Of a stretch of DNA of 64,000 nt, positions 12,330-23,915 are shown in pieces. Under the pieces are notes generated by a model, which had not been told where the DNA came from, searched no databases, and saw only the letters and a list, made by a program, of their open reading frames with translations. The translations under genes were made by a program, and so were the position numbers. Position 1 is the stretch's first letter, and each line of letters opens with the position of its first letter. Origin of the DNA: Eledone cirrhosa. Taxonomy: Eukaryota. The stretch spans positions 162,874,001-162,938,000 of the forward strand of contig OZ024741.1 of assembly GCA_964016885.1 (NCBI GenBank). Direction: 5' to 3'.

Positions 12330-12374
12330 TATAAATGTTTTTAACAGATCTTTGATTCTTATAACTTATATATA

Positions 12375-12678
<304 letters not shown>

Positions 12679-13207
12679 TTGGAGTTATATTGAAACTCTG
12701 TTGGTTCGATGTTGAATGTTTCAGTTATTCCACCAATGACACAGCCTGCTCACAGAAATTAGGTTCAAGTGACTGAGCATTCCACAAACACACATAGTGT
12801 CTGTGGAATTCCGAGTTACTGTCCACACAATTTCATCTACAAGTCTTTGGTTAACACTTGCTCAAAGCGCCAAGTAATGAAATCGAACTAAGGACCTTGT
12901 GATTGTGAATTGAACATTTTAACCTTTCGACTATGCTTCGTAAATTCTAATCTGATTCTGATACTTTCTTCTCTTGTGCATCTCATCTATGGAATTCTGT
13001 CACTGACCCTTGTTTACCTGACTACTACAATTTGGAAAAATTCAAAAGTAACATCAATCGTCATTTTCTCTCTCCTTGAATTATGTTCTCTCTGCTTGTC
13101 CGTTTCTCTACTCGGTAAACCCTTGCACTTTACTGGCTTGGGGCTAAACAAAAGTATATCATATAATACAAAATCGTGGTGTACCTGGTTGTGTGTGTAA
13201 GTACATG

Positions 13208-13383
13208 CAGACTTGTCAACTCTCGCCGTCCGATTTTGGGTTGGGTGAGAGATGTCTTCTCTTGTGAAAATGGTTATAGCTTTCATTTTGTAAAATCTCC
13301 CCATTTTGCCTCATTTCTCCCCGATTCGGGGCACTTTTTATCCTGGTATTCCCCGTTTGGGTTTTTAGAGGTTGGCAGGTCTG
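13208..13383. mobile_element. Short MITE with CAG...CTG ends; second copy at 17396-17587
   Basis: Imperfect TIRs cagacttgtcaactct / agaggttggcaggtctg; interior matches the 17396-17587 copy in the opposite orientation. Confidence 0.65.
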
Positions 13384-13774
13384 GTGCATGTATAACTATG
13401 TCACTGGAATGAAATAGCAAGGCAAAGAAAAGACAAATAGTTCGATCGATTAATTGATTAGAGAGATAAAGAGAATGATAAGGAGTGTACTGAGGAGAGG
13501 TGTCAGAATGAACAACGACATCGAGGAAGGGAGGATTAACCTTTACCTTTCGATCATTACATACTACTATTATTATACATTTTGGATTCCTAGTTTCTCT
13601 CTTACTATTTATTGCTTGCTATTTTTATGTCCATCGTATGTATTAGTCGTAATAACCTTCAGTTGTTATTTATCGACAGTCGATCGAATTTCGTCAAATC
13701 GAACCAAGGAAACAACGTTTCCATTGGGCTTTCCAATTGATAATACTATCTATCGATAGCAACTTCACGTAGAA

Positions 13775-13891
13775 GGAACAACGTGAAATAAAATGTCTTG
13801 CCCAAGGACATAACGCATCACCCGGTCCGGGAATCGAGCTCACAACCTCAAGATTGTAAATCCAATTCTCTAACCACTCAGCCACGCGCCT
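13775..13891 (-). mobile_element. tRNA-derived SINE head (second SINE family)
   Basis: Minus strand has A-box tggctgagtgg and B-box gctcgattcc, followed by tgtccttgggcaagac. A decayed relative lies near 12780-12935. Confidence 0.7.
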
Positions 13892-13942
13892 TTGCTTGTT
13901 ATTTATATATTGAACAATTATTAATGCATTTTAATATATACA

Positions 13943-14707
13943 CATATATAAAACTGAAGTTGTCTCTGTGTGTGTGTCTATGTGTGTGTCCTAATTTTGG
14001 CAAAGTCTATACAAATCAACATTTCTACTCCTATTGACTTCAAACTTGCATTTATATATTCCTTGTGGTCTAAAGATATTAACTACAGCTTTTACTTTTC
14101 AATTTTCTGTTGTTAAAGGCGTTTTTTTCACTAATACTTAAAGCCCTTTTTGTCGGAAATTTTGTCTACAATGTTCAAGAGAGACAACTCTTTAGTATTT
14201 TGAAAGAGTTACCTCTCTTTATAGACTATATTATCCCTACATACATCCCTTGAAATTGTTGATGGTGACCCCAATAGTAACTCCGAAGCGTTCGGCATCC
14301 GATATAACAGTTCGGTCTCTATCAGATTGTGTATATTTTTGTAACCTTAAAAGTATCCAACTAAATTCCTTCATGCTCTCCACGACTGCAGTCCCACATG
14401 CTTACTGCTCTGTAACTATGTAACTAGCTTTCATTGTACCACAGCACAACAAATACATGTTCGGTTTGTCGAATGCCTTTTTACTTAACCTTATCGTCTT
14501 GGCTTTCGTGGGTTGAATATTTTACTCTCAGGCACCCAGTTAAGTTAAACCCCTGGTAATCTACGACGAATTTCTTTTATAAGCACAAAATGTAGACACC
14601 ATCCACCGGTCGAGGTATTCCGTACTTCTCTGTACTGTTTCAGAAAGGAGGGATAAACATACCAATCTATGGTTAGAAGCCCCACCAACGCCGGGCCATT
14701 CTGCTAG
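13943..14707 (+). mobile_element. Putative non-autonomous Helitron-like element
   Basis: Starts atatataaaactgaagttgtct(gt)n; ends with a GC-rich imperfect hairpin (ccc..aacgccggg) then CTAG|T; no TIR or TSD seen. Confidence 0.5.
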
Positions 14708-15104
14708 TATTTCTATAAAATCAGCGCAGATGTTACATGTTCGGTGACATTTAAAAAAATAACCGATGATGATTGTTGTTGCTCTTTTGCTGTTTCTTTA
14801 TTTTTCTCTGTTTTAATATTCTTTTCGAAAAATATTGCATTTACACGCTTATATAGTTTAAAATTCATAAATGTGTTATAAAAATGCCGATTTAACGGTA
14901 TAAAATGAACACAGGAAAACAGGTAATAAATAAGAAAAAAAACATAATTATTACGCACCTTGGGGTGCATTGACATACGGTATTTTAGGGCATTTTAAAA
15001 CCTGGTGGAGCCCATCTTTTCCCCAGGTCTGAATACAGAAGATTTCTTCCAGAGAAGGATAGAGAGTGAGAGAGAGGAAGCGAGAAAGAGATATAGAGAA
15101 AGAA

Positions 15105-15250
15105 TCGCCCCCAGTACTAAACTGCTCCTTTTTTTATCGACCTGGAATGGATAAAAGGTAAAGTTGACCTTGGCGGGATTTGAATTCAGAGAGCCGAAAC
15201 GACTACTGCAAAGCATTTTATCCGACATTCTAACGACTCTGCCAATTCAC
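15105..15250 (-). mobile_element. tRNA-derived SINE (main family), diverged copy
   Basis: ttttatcgacc..aaagttgaccttggcgggatttgaa matches the copies at 18069-18915. Confidence 0.7.
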
Positions 15251-16379
15251 TGACTGTGTATGAATTACTACATTTATAAAATCATTTATATTTCTTACAT
15301 TAGACATTTATAAATGTTGAGTTTAGTGTCAGAGAAATTTGTTTTCCTAAGTGTTCAATACTTAAAAACTAATTAATATTTTAACGAAACACACTCTACA
15401 TGTATTTTATTAATATTTGAAAAAATCAAGAATTTGGAGGGGTTTTGTTAAATTATAACAAACGGTTCATTCACACAAGCATGATGGGCATTTCAAATTT
15501 AAATATGAACACTTCAAAGTGTTTGAGATGTTTTGTATCATGTAACCAAGGGCGTTTTCCAGTGATTCAGTATCAAAAGGTTAAACACCCCAACTGAGAT
15601 AGGGCAGAAATGGAATAACTCCGCATGACATAATGTAGATTCCTGGTCCAAATACAGTTGTGCGATAAATTTCTTCTTTCATCTCCCCGTATTCAATAAA
15701 ATAACTAGTAGTAATACAGAGTAGTCGATTCAGTTTATTTGAGCTTCCTCCAAAACTAACAAAATAAACAAAAAATATGAAACTTCTAAATCTGCAATAG
15801 GCACACAAAGAAGCTAAGGTGAAATATAATCTATAAAGTGTGATCAACCACTCAATGTGGGATGTTCCTAGATTTACTACTATCCGTTGTTCCCTTGTAA
15901 GACGACCGTGAAAAATTGTTTGTAATTGCATCGACGTGAAGGAAAATGATAAATTGTCAGTTTTATGCTTTTACTAAAAGCATTGGTGACGTAACTGGAG
16001 CAGCTTCAAATAGAAATAACAAACGAATTATAGATTCGGCTTGCTATTACATCCACTTTAGGGCAAAATATTGATTTCACACACATAAAAGAGGCCTTAC
16101 ATTATTGGGTGTTTGTTAATCTATTTTTCATATCTTCTGATTCATATCTTTCATTATTCGAAACTAAACAAGGGAGTCGCTGTATCTCCTTTAATAGTCA
16201 GGGCAAATCTCACCCTGCAATATTTGCATTGTTCTACAATGTTTTCTCCCTGTATTAACATATATGTTGGCAAATTGAAGGAACGGATAATCTGAATATA
16301 TATATAGATATCTACAAATGTGTACATTTCATGTTAAAATGTATATAATTAGTGATTGCGCTAACGTAGAGGGATTCAG

Positions 16380-16585
16380 AATAAAGGCGTGTATGAACCC
16401 CTATACAATATGTTTAAGTATAATAAACATGCGTTTATAAAGATGTCACACTGAAATGTAACTCACCTCTCTTACCGATGTTGTGGAGAAAGCTGTGGAA
16501 TGTTAACAGCTTAAATAGTCACAGCGTGACTACAATTATTTTTATTATATGTAAGCATGTATATTTGTTCATACACGCCTTTATT
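16380..16585. mobile_element. MITE-like element with a perfect 19-bp inverted repeat
   Basis: aataaaggcgtgtatgaac (16380-16398) / gttcatacacgcctttatt (16567-16585). Confidence 0.55.
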
Positions 16586-17395
16586 ATAAAACATATATAA
16601 GTAAAATTATATTTAAGAAATCACGCGCTGTCTGTATTAGTTAAAACCTGCCTATGTATTCTGCATTGGATATAATGTCTTGCAATATTTCTTCTAGCTC
16701 TCCGCGCTCTGAATTTAAATCTCACCATGGTCAGCTTTATCATTCATTCTTTAAGGGTCTAAAATAAATTACTAGTTCAGGACGGTGGGTTAACGGAATT
16801 GTTAGAGCGTCGGATGGGGTGCTCTGAATTATCTGTTCCTGCATTTTGATTTCAATTCAAATTCCGTCAATAGATCAAAGTCCTACTGACGGCCATAGCT
16901 GATCACCCGACTATGGGACCACAACTGATTTACGAAAACTGCAATGGCTTGAAAGAGGATTTTAGCCGTCTGCTAATTATCTCAAATGATAAGGAAAACG
17001 ATGACGTAAATACTTTCATCATCAACTGATTGCATTCAGGCAATGCTACTACACCTACTGCACTGAAGTACACAGAAAACGAGATTACAGTTTAATTCCT
17101 CTATTTCTAGTTATACATTTTGATATGCACCTGATGTTGCAAGTTTATATATTTACAATCAATGAATACTTCGTCTAATGAGCATAATATGAATAGAAAA
17201 TATATAATAATATGCGTATAAAAGTTTGTTTTGTTGCTCGGACAATCTGTAATAAGGTCTCGGAAAATATTGATGGTTTCTAATTTCAGCTGGAGCCACT
17301 TCGATTAGAATTGAAAATACTTTGAGAATTTCTTGGAGAATATTTAATATCTTCCCAGATATACTTTACCTCTCCTAAAAATCATATGATTTATG

Positions 17396-17587
17396 CAGAC
17401 TTGCCAACCTCTAAAAATCCAAAGGAGGAGTACTACGAGAAAAAGTCTCTCAAAACGGGGAGCAATGAGGCAAAATGGGGAGATTTTACATAAGGAAATC
17501 TATTATTTGCACAAGAGAAGATATCTCTGACCAACCCCAAAGTGGGTGGGAGATCTCCCCGTCGAACGGGGAGAGTTGGCTGGTCTG
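17396..17587. mobile_element. MITE, same family as 13208-13383
   Basis: Ends cagacttgccaacctct / gagagttggctggtctg; tttatg present on both flanks. Confidence 0.65.
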
Positions 17588-18068
17588 TTTATGTCTATGT
17601 ATGAACTGAATAGGGATTTTATGTATAAAGACACGGGGTTTTGTTGTTGTTTAGCGCCACACTAGAGCTGATAGAGAAAATATATCGTTAAAAGCAATCC
17701 AGCCATGACTATGCCATGTTTTCACAGACACGGTATTCTAGGATTATATCCTAAAACATGCCTGCCTTTCCTTTTTTTTAAAAGATTTACGAGTGTTATT
17801 TGGTGACGATTTGACTGCTAATTGCTAATTCTAGCAGATCGAAAAACACCGTGGAGGTTCCTCGCTGGTTCGTAACGATAGGGAATGAAAGAAATAGTAG
17901 GGAGTAATTCTTCCAGAAGTGATACATTGAGTGTTAGACGCATGCCAATCAGTAAGTTATAAATTACATGTCTTCTACTTAAACAAATAAACCCCGCTTG
18001 TATCTAATGAATGAAAACCAATATTAATTACATAAGAGATAATGATAATATTTCTCTTTGATGTAGCT

Positions 18069-18915
18069 AATAATGATTTCTATTATAGGCGCAAGGCCAG
18101 TAATTTGGAGGAGGGGAACGTCGATTAAATCGACCTCAGTGTATGACTGGTACTTTATTTTATCGACCCCGTAAGGATGAAAGACAAAGCTAAACTTAGT
18201 AGGATTTGATCTGAGAATGTAAAGGGCCATAACTCTATGCTGCAAAGCATGCTGTCTGACGCTCTAGCGATACTGCCAATAATAATAATAATTGTTTCTA
18301 CTTTTGGCACAAGGCCAGCAATTACCCAGTACATTACTGGTACTTTATTTTATCGACCCCGCAAGGATGAAAGGCAAAGTTAACCTTGGTGGGATTTGAA
18401 CTCAGATCATAAAGGGCTGTAACTCTATGCTGCAAAGCATGGCTTCAGACCCTCTACCGATACTGCCAATCCACATAATAATGGTTTCTTATATAGGCAC
18501 AAGGCCAGCAATTTTGATGGGAGGGGAAAGTCGATAAAATCGACCCCAGTGCGTGACTGGTACTTTATTTTATCGACCCCGTAACGATGAAAGGTAAAGT
18601 CAACCTCAGCGGGATTTGAACTCAGAATATAAAGGGCTGTAACTCTTTGCTGCAAAGCATGGCGTCCGACCCTCTACCGGTGCTGCCAATCCACCCCCTT
18701 CACATAATAATAATAATAATAATAATTGTTTCTACTTTAGGAACAAGGCCAGCAAATTACCCAGTGCATTACTGGTACTTTATTTTATCGACCCCGTAAG
18801 GATGAAAGGCAAAGTAAACCTCGGCGGGATTTGAATTCAGACCGTAAAGGGACGTAACTATGCTGGAAAGCATGGCGTCCGACCCTCTACCGATACTGCC
18901 AATCCACCGCCCTTC
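18069..18915 (-). mobile_element. Head-to-tail array of four tRNA-derived SINEs separated by (AAT)n
   Basis: Each unit has A-box-like tggcagtatcgg, B-box gttcaaatcc, core ctttcatccttacggggtcgataaaataaagtaccag and an (ATT)n tail. Confidence 0.9.
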
Positions 18916-18917
18916 AC

Positions 18918-18956
<39 letters not shown>

Positions 18957-18993
18957 GAGGGAGATCGGTGAGAAGGCACAACAACAGACTGAT

Positions 18994-21385
18994 TTGAGTA
19001 TCACAGTTGAAACTCTTAAGGGGCAAGCCAAAAAACTAACCAACTGGAAATCACCAGGCCCAGATGGTGTGCAGGGGTATTGGATTAAACATTTAACATC
19101 CCTCCACCCGAAGCTGACGGCCATGTTCAATGACTGCTTGGTGTCGGGTGAGGTGCCAGAGTGGTTGACAAAAGGTACCACAGTTCTGATAATGAAAGAC
19201 CGAATCAAGGGTAATGATGTTACCAACTATAGACCTATCACATGTCTGCCCGTAATGTGGAAACTGTTGACGAGCATTGTGTCTGAGGAAATCTACCATC
19301 ACCTCCACACAAACAACTTGTTACCGGACGAACAGAAAGGATGCCGAAAGAAGTCACGTGGTACAAAGGACCAGTTGCTTATTGATAAGATGGTAATGGG
19401 GAATTGCAGGAGGAGACACACTGATCTTGCCATGGGATGGATAGACTACAGAAAGGCATTTGACATGGTGCCTCATTCCTGGATCACCAAAAGCCTGGAG
19501 GTCTTCAGGGTGGCAGATAACATCAGACAGTTGCTGGGCAGGAGTATGGGGTCCTGGGAGACAGAGTTGACATCAACTGGAGTATCCTTGGGAAGCGTGA
19601 AGATCAAGAGAGGTATCTTCCAGGGAGATAGCCTGTCCCCTCTGTTGTTTGTCCTTGCCCTGATGCCCTTGACCATTATGCTGCGAAAAGTGAGAGCAGG
19701 ATACAAGTTGGGAAGGGGAGAGCTTACCATCAATCACCTCCTCTTCATGGACGATCTTAAGCTCTTCGGGAAAAGTGAGAAGGAGTTGGATGTGCTTGTT
19801 GACACTGTCCGTATTTTCAGCAGTGATATATGTATGCAGTTTGGTATTGGTAAATGTGGAGTCATTGTGATGAAGAGGGGTAGGTTGAGCAGAAGTAACG
19901 GGATCCAGATACCAACAGGTGAGATGATAAAGGAAATTGACTCTGAGGAAGGATACAAGTATTTGGGCGTTCTGGAGGCTGATGGCATAAAGAACAAAAA
20001 AATGAAGGAATTGTTAAGAACTGAATACATTCGGAGAGTAAGGAGCGTATTGAAGTCACATCTGAACAGCAGAAATGCCATAAGCGCAGTAAATTCCCGA
20101 GCTGTGTCTATTATTAGGTACAGTGCGGGAATTCTGAGATGGAATGTTGCTGAACAAAAAGAAATGGATAGGAAGACTAGGAAGCTATTAACTATCTACA
20201 ACATGTTCCACAAGAGGAGTGATGTCGATAGACTCTACCTAAGGAGATCTGAGGGTGGAAGAGGTCTTATCAGCATAGAGGACTGTGTTCAGATGGAGAA
20301 AAACAACCTATACAAATACGTGACCTATAGTAAGGAGCCAATGCTCAGAACTGTACTGAAGGAGGGGACAGTAGGCCAGGGGATGTCCAAGGAGGAAATA
20401 ACTGTTTCTACTTTTGGCACAAGGCCAGCAATTATCCAGTACATTACTGGTACTTTATTTTATCGACCCCATAAGGATGAAAGGCAAAGTTAACCTCGGC
20501 GGGATTTGAACTCAGAATGGCAAGGGCCGTAACTCTATGCGCCAAAGCATGGCGTCCAACCCTCTACCGATACTGCCAATTCACCATCCAAGGAGGAAAT
20601 AACATCAAGGAGGAAGAGCAGCCTTAAGGGAAAATCCCTTCATAGTACCTTCTTTGAGAAAACTGAATTTAGAGATCCACAGACATGGAACTGGTTGAGA
20701 AGAGGAGACCTCAAAAAGGCTACAGAAGGAATGCTAATGGCTGCGCAGGAGCAGGCCCTCAAAACGAAGTGGTTGAAGCACCATATCTACAAGGAGGAGG
20801 CTAGCCCACTGTGCAGGATCTGTGGAGAGAGAGAGGAGACTGTGGCTCACATTGTGTCCGAGTGTAAACACCTAGCCCAGACCCACTATAAGGGCTGGAG
20901 ACACGATGTGATGGGCAGGGTGATCCACTGGCACCTGTGCAAAGTAAACAATCTACCACATTCTGAGAAATGGTATGAGCATAGGCCAGAGGCGGTGATG
21001 GAGAACAGTCAGGTGAAGGTGCTGTGGGATTTTAGGATACAGACGGACAAAAAACTGGAACACAATAGACCTGACCTGGTGGTTGTGGACAAAGAAAAAA
21101 GATCGTGCCTGATTGTGGATGTGGCCTGCCCGTTCGACACGAGAGTGCAAGAGAAGGAGAGGGAGAAAATTAACCGATACCAGGACCTAAAGTGGGAGGT
21201 GAAAAGGATTTGGAACTGCCATGAAGTCAAAGTGATCCCGATTGTCATAGGCGCACTGGGGACTATCTCCAAAGGTTTCCAGGGATGGTTAAAGAAAATC
21301 GGCCCCTTCACACGCTTTTTGGAACGCTTCAAAAGGCATGCTTGCTTGGAACAGCAAGAACCCTCCGATACGTCCTGAATATCTG
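18994..21385 (+). pseudogene. Dong-A RT-RLE polyprotein, disrupted
   Basis: ORFs 18994-20493 and 20695-21378 are one reading frame broken by the SINE at 20403-20586, plus a 2-bp insertion near 21310 relative to copy 2. Confidence 0.9.
20403..20586 (-). mobile_element. tRNA-derived SINE inserted in Dong-A with a 17-bp TSD
   Basis: tccaaggaggaaataac at 20386-20402 and 20587-20603; the empty site is present in Dong-A copy 2 at 28246-28262. Confidence 0.95.
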
Positions 21386-21740
21386 AGGCTGCAGGTAGTG
21401 GCTTGATATTCAATCCAACGGACTTTCCAGTTAACCAACATCAATGACTGAGATTCAAGGAATAACAATAACAATAATAATAATAATAATGATTTCTTTA
21501 TTAACCACAAGGGTTTACATAAAGTAGACATTAAGGACAGTGCAGGACAATGCAGGACGGTACAAATGGGCATTTCTGCGTGTAAAAAACAAAAACAGAG
21601 GATGTAACAAAAAATAACAATGAAAAATTCCCCAATAGGGGGCAGACTTCGGAGGGACATTTGTGGAGAAAGCCCAGTAAAAAGCCACAATGACCCTGAC
21701 CACCAAGGCAAGTGCCCTCTCCCAGTTTTCCACCTTTAAT

Positions 21741-23915
21741 TTACAGATATATACTCAGAGTAGGCCCATTCACTCGGGCCATTCTTGCTTCTCTCACCCA
21801 TCTTTCAACAAAATGCTGGGAAGAGAGCACTTCCCTCTCTACTCTGATTTTCCTTTTCAAATGAAATTTGAAAAAGTCAATCAGAGCATCACCGAAGAGG
21901 TAAGTGCTCGTCTTCAGCCCTTTCAAACGTGTCCACCATACTATCTCTTTCACCATGTCCACCAGGCAGATAAAAACTGCCTGCCCTTCCCGGCTAAAGG
22001 AGGAGGGCGGGGCAATCCTCACGATGGACTCAGATGATAGCCGGATCCGTCCTAAACGCGACAGCAGGTGTTCGACATAAACCCACAAGTCAGCAATTTT
22101 CGGACACTGGACGAGTGCGTGCAGGACGGTTTCGTCGCCCTGCGCGCATCTCGGACATGCCCGGCTGACGGCACCTCCATGCCTGTAGAGTTTATCCCGA
22201 ACTGGCAAGGCTCCTCGGTAGCACTGCCAGGCCAGAGATTTCTGGAAGTTGTCCATAGGCCCTGGCCCGAAAGTTCTTCCGAAGAGATTGGCTAGTTGAT
22301 TTTCGTCGACGCCTAGAGTTTCCCCAAGTACGTCGTCGCTCTTCCCCTCCACTAATCCTCTATAGAACGCCGAGGTGGAGTTTCCACCGATCACATTGCC
22401 CGATTGGTCGAGGGCTGTGAGCGCCTGAAGACATTCCAGTCTCCAGGCGCTCCCTCTCGGTCTTCGCTTGACCCAGGACTGCAGCTCCGTCAAGGAAACG
22501 AGCTGGGGAAAAACGCGTCTAGCAAACGGCGGCCACACCTGATCACCGTCGAGGAAGAGGTGGAGATGTCGTAGCCTGAGCGCGTGCCTGCGCATCATCA
22601 GCCAAGGCATGCCCAGCCCTCCACGTAGCGGGTGTTGACAACAGATGGACCGCCTGACCATCGGAGCACGTCCCTTCCACAAAAAGCGAAAGAGCAAACG
22701 CTCCAGCGCAGTCAGGCGAGGCTTAGGACAAGGTACGACGGTTAGGCGGTAGCAAATGACAGACGCGATGTACGCGTTAGCCACCTCCGCTCGACCTTTC
22801 AGGGATAGCTTCCTCTCCGCCCATTTCTGGGTGAGAGAAGCCACCCTGCTCGTCATCTCGTCCCAGTTTTTGTCCGTCTGGAGGTCCGGACCGAACCAGA
22901 CCCCTAGCAATTTAACCGGTCCGTCCGTCCAGCGCCCGACGACGCTGTTGGACGGCATGGACCTGCCTCTCCAGGTGCCGAGCTGCAGGCCCACTGACTT
23001 TTCCTGGTTGATCATTGCTCCTGTCACCGCTTCGTATTCTCTTAGAGTAGTGCCGATCGCCTCGATGTGTTTGGCGTTCGACACCACTACGGTGACATCG
23101 TCCGCATATGCTGACACGGATCTTCCGCATCCTAGTTCGCGCGGGACTCCCCTCAACGTCTCCAGTTTGTGCAGTAATGGCTCGAGAGTCAATACGTACA
23201 AGAGGGACGAGAGGGGACATCCTTGGCGGACCGAGCGCATGATGTTGAACGGTTCCGACAGGTGACCGTTCACTCTCACCACAGAGCAGATGTCGCTGTG
23301 CATGGCAGCGATCCAGCCTCTGAAGACGGGCCCAAAGCCAGCCGCCCTCAGGACTGCCGCTAGGTAACGATGGTCGACCCTATCGAAAGCTTTCGACTGA
23401 TCTAAATTGATCAAGGACCCACCCGTGCCAGGTTCCTTAGCTACCCTCTCTATGATGTATCGCATGAGGTGGAGGTTGTCGTGGATGGATCTGTCGGGAA
23501 TGGCGCATGTCTGCGCCTCTCCCACCAGACCACCAACGACAAGCGACAACCTCTTTGCTAGCACCTTGGCCAAAATCTTGAACTCTGTGTTTAGCAGAGT
23601 TATGGGCCGGCAATTGTCTATGTTATCCCCCTTGTTCGGATCCTTTCTCAGCAGTGCCACCGCTCCTCGGCTCACAGAACTGGGAATTCTCCCGTTCTGT
23701 TGCCAGTTGCAGTAGACGTCCGCCAAGAGGCCTCCGAACAAGTCTGGCATCTGTACGTAAAGTTTATAGGGCAGACCATCCAAACCAGGCGATTTACCCC
23801 TTGTGCAGCCAGTCATTGCCTCCCTTACTTCAGCGGCTGTTATCGGCTTTTCGCAACACTTCGCCTCAGTGGCCGAGAGCCGCGGCAGTCCGTCGAGGTA
23901 GACACTAAAGTCCAT
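21741..23915 (-). CDS. Tx1 ORF2, RT and C-terminal zinc-finger part
   Basis: KSPGLDGLP, LDQSKAFDRVDH, SVRQGCPLS, AYADD, CPRC..ETVLHALVQC. Confidence 0.9.
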   Translation of the reverse strand: MDFSVYLDGLPRLSATEAKCCEKPITAAEVREAMTGCTRGKSPGLDGLPYKLYVQMPDLFGGLLADVYCNWQQNGRIPSSVSRGAVALLRKDPNKGDNIDNCRPITLLNTEFKILAKVLAKRLSLVVGGLVGEAQTCAIPDRSIHDNLHLMRYIIERVAKEPGTGGSLINLDQSKAFDRVDHRYLAAVLRAAGFGPVFRGWIAAMHSDICSVVRVNGHLSEPFNIMRSVRQGCPLSSLLYVLTLEPLLHKLETLRGVPRELGCGRSVSAYADDVTVVVSNAKHIEAIGTTLREYEAVTGAMINQEKSVGLQLGTWRGRSMPSNSVVGRWTDGPVKLLGVWFGPDLQTDKNWDEMTSRVASLTQKWAERKLSLKGRAEVANAYIASVICYRLTVVPCPKPRLTALERLLFRFLWKGRAPMVRRSICCQHPLRGGLGMPWLMMRRHALRLRHLHLFLDGDQVWPPFARRVFPQLVSLTELQSWVKRRPRGSAWRLECLQALTALDQSGNVIGGNSTSAFYRGLVEGKSDDVLGETLGVDENQLANLFGRTFGPGPMDNFQKSLAWQCYRGALPVRDKLYRHGGAVSRACPRCAQGDETVLHALVQCPKIADLWVYVEHLLSRLGRIRLSSESIVRIAPPSSFSREGQAVFICLVDMVKEIVWWTRLKGLKTSTYLFGDALIDFFKFHLKRKIRVEREVLSSQHFVERWVREARMARVNGPTLSIYL

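Larger units (their letters stand above)
8175..12374 (+). mobile_element. Near full-length Penelope-like element with C-terminal GIY-YIG endonuclease (Hydra-clade-like)
   Basis: RT and endonuclease ORFs; 29-bp direct repeat at 8175-8203 and 12346-12374; hammerhead near the 3' end; ends in (TA)n. Confidence 0.85.
18955..21460 (+). mobile_element. R4/Dong-clade LINE family A, copy 1 (5'-truncated, interrupted by a SINE)
   Basis: RT motifs GIFQGDSLSP and HLLFMDDLKLF; CCHC motif CRICGEREETVAHIVSEC; RHD; RPDL..VDVACP (RLE). (AAT)n at both ends. Confidence 0.93.

Noticed and set aside
18069-18915. Regularly spaced repeats resembling a CRISPR array or tRNA cluster
   Set aside because: The units are about 200-bp SINE copies with no unique spacers, no cas genes and no complete cloverleaf.
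20403-20493. Novel C-terminus on the 499-aa RT ORF
   Set aside because: It is read-through into the antisense SINE insertion.
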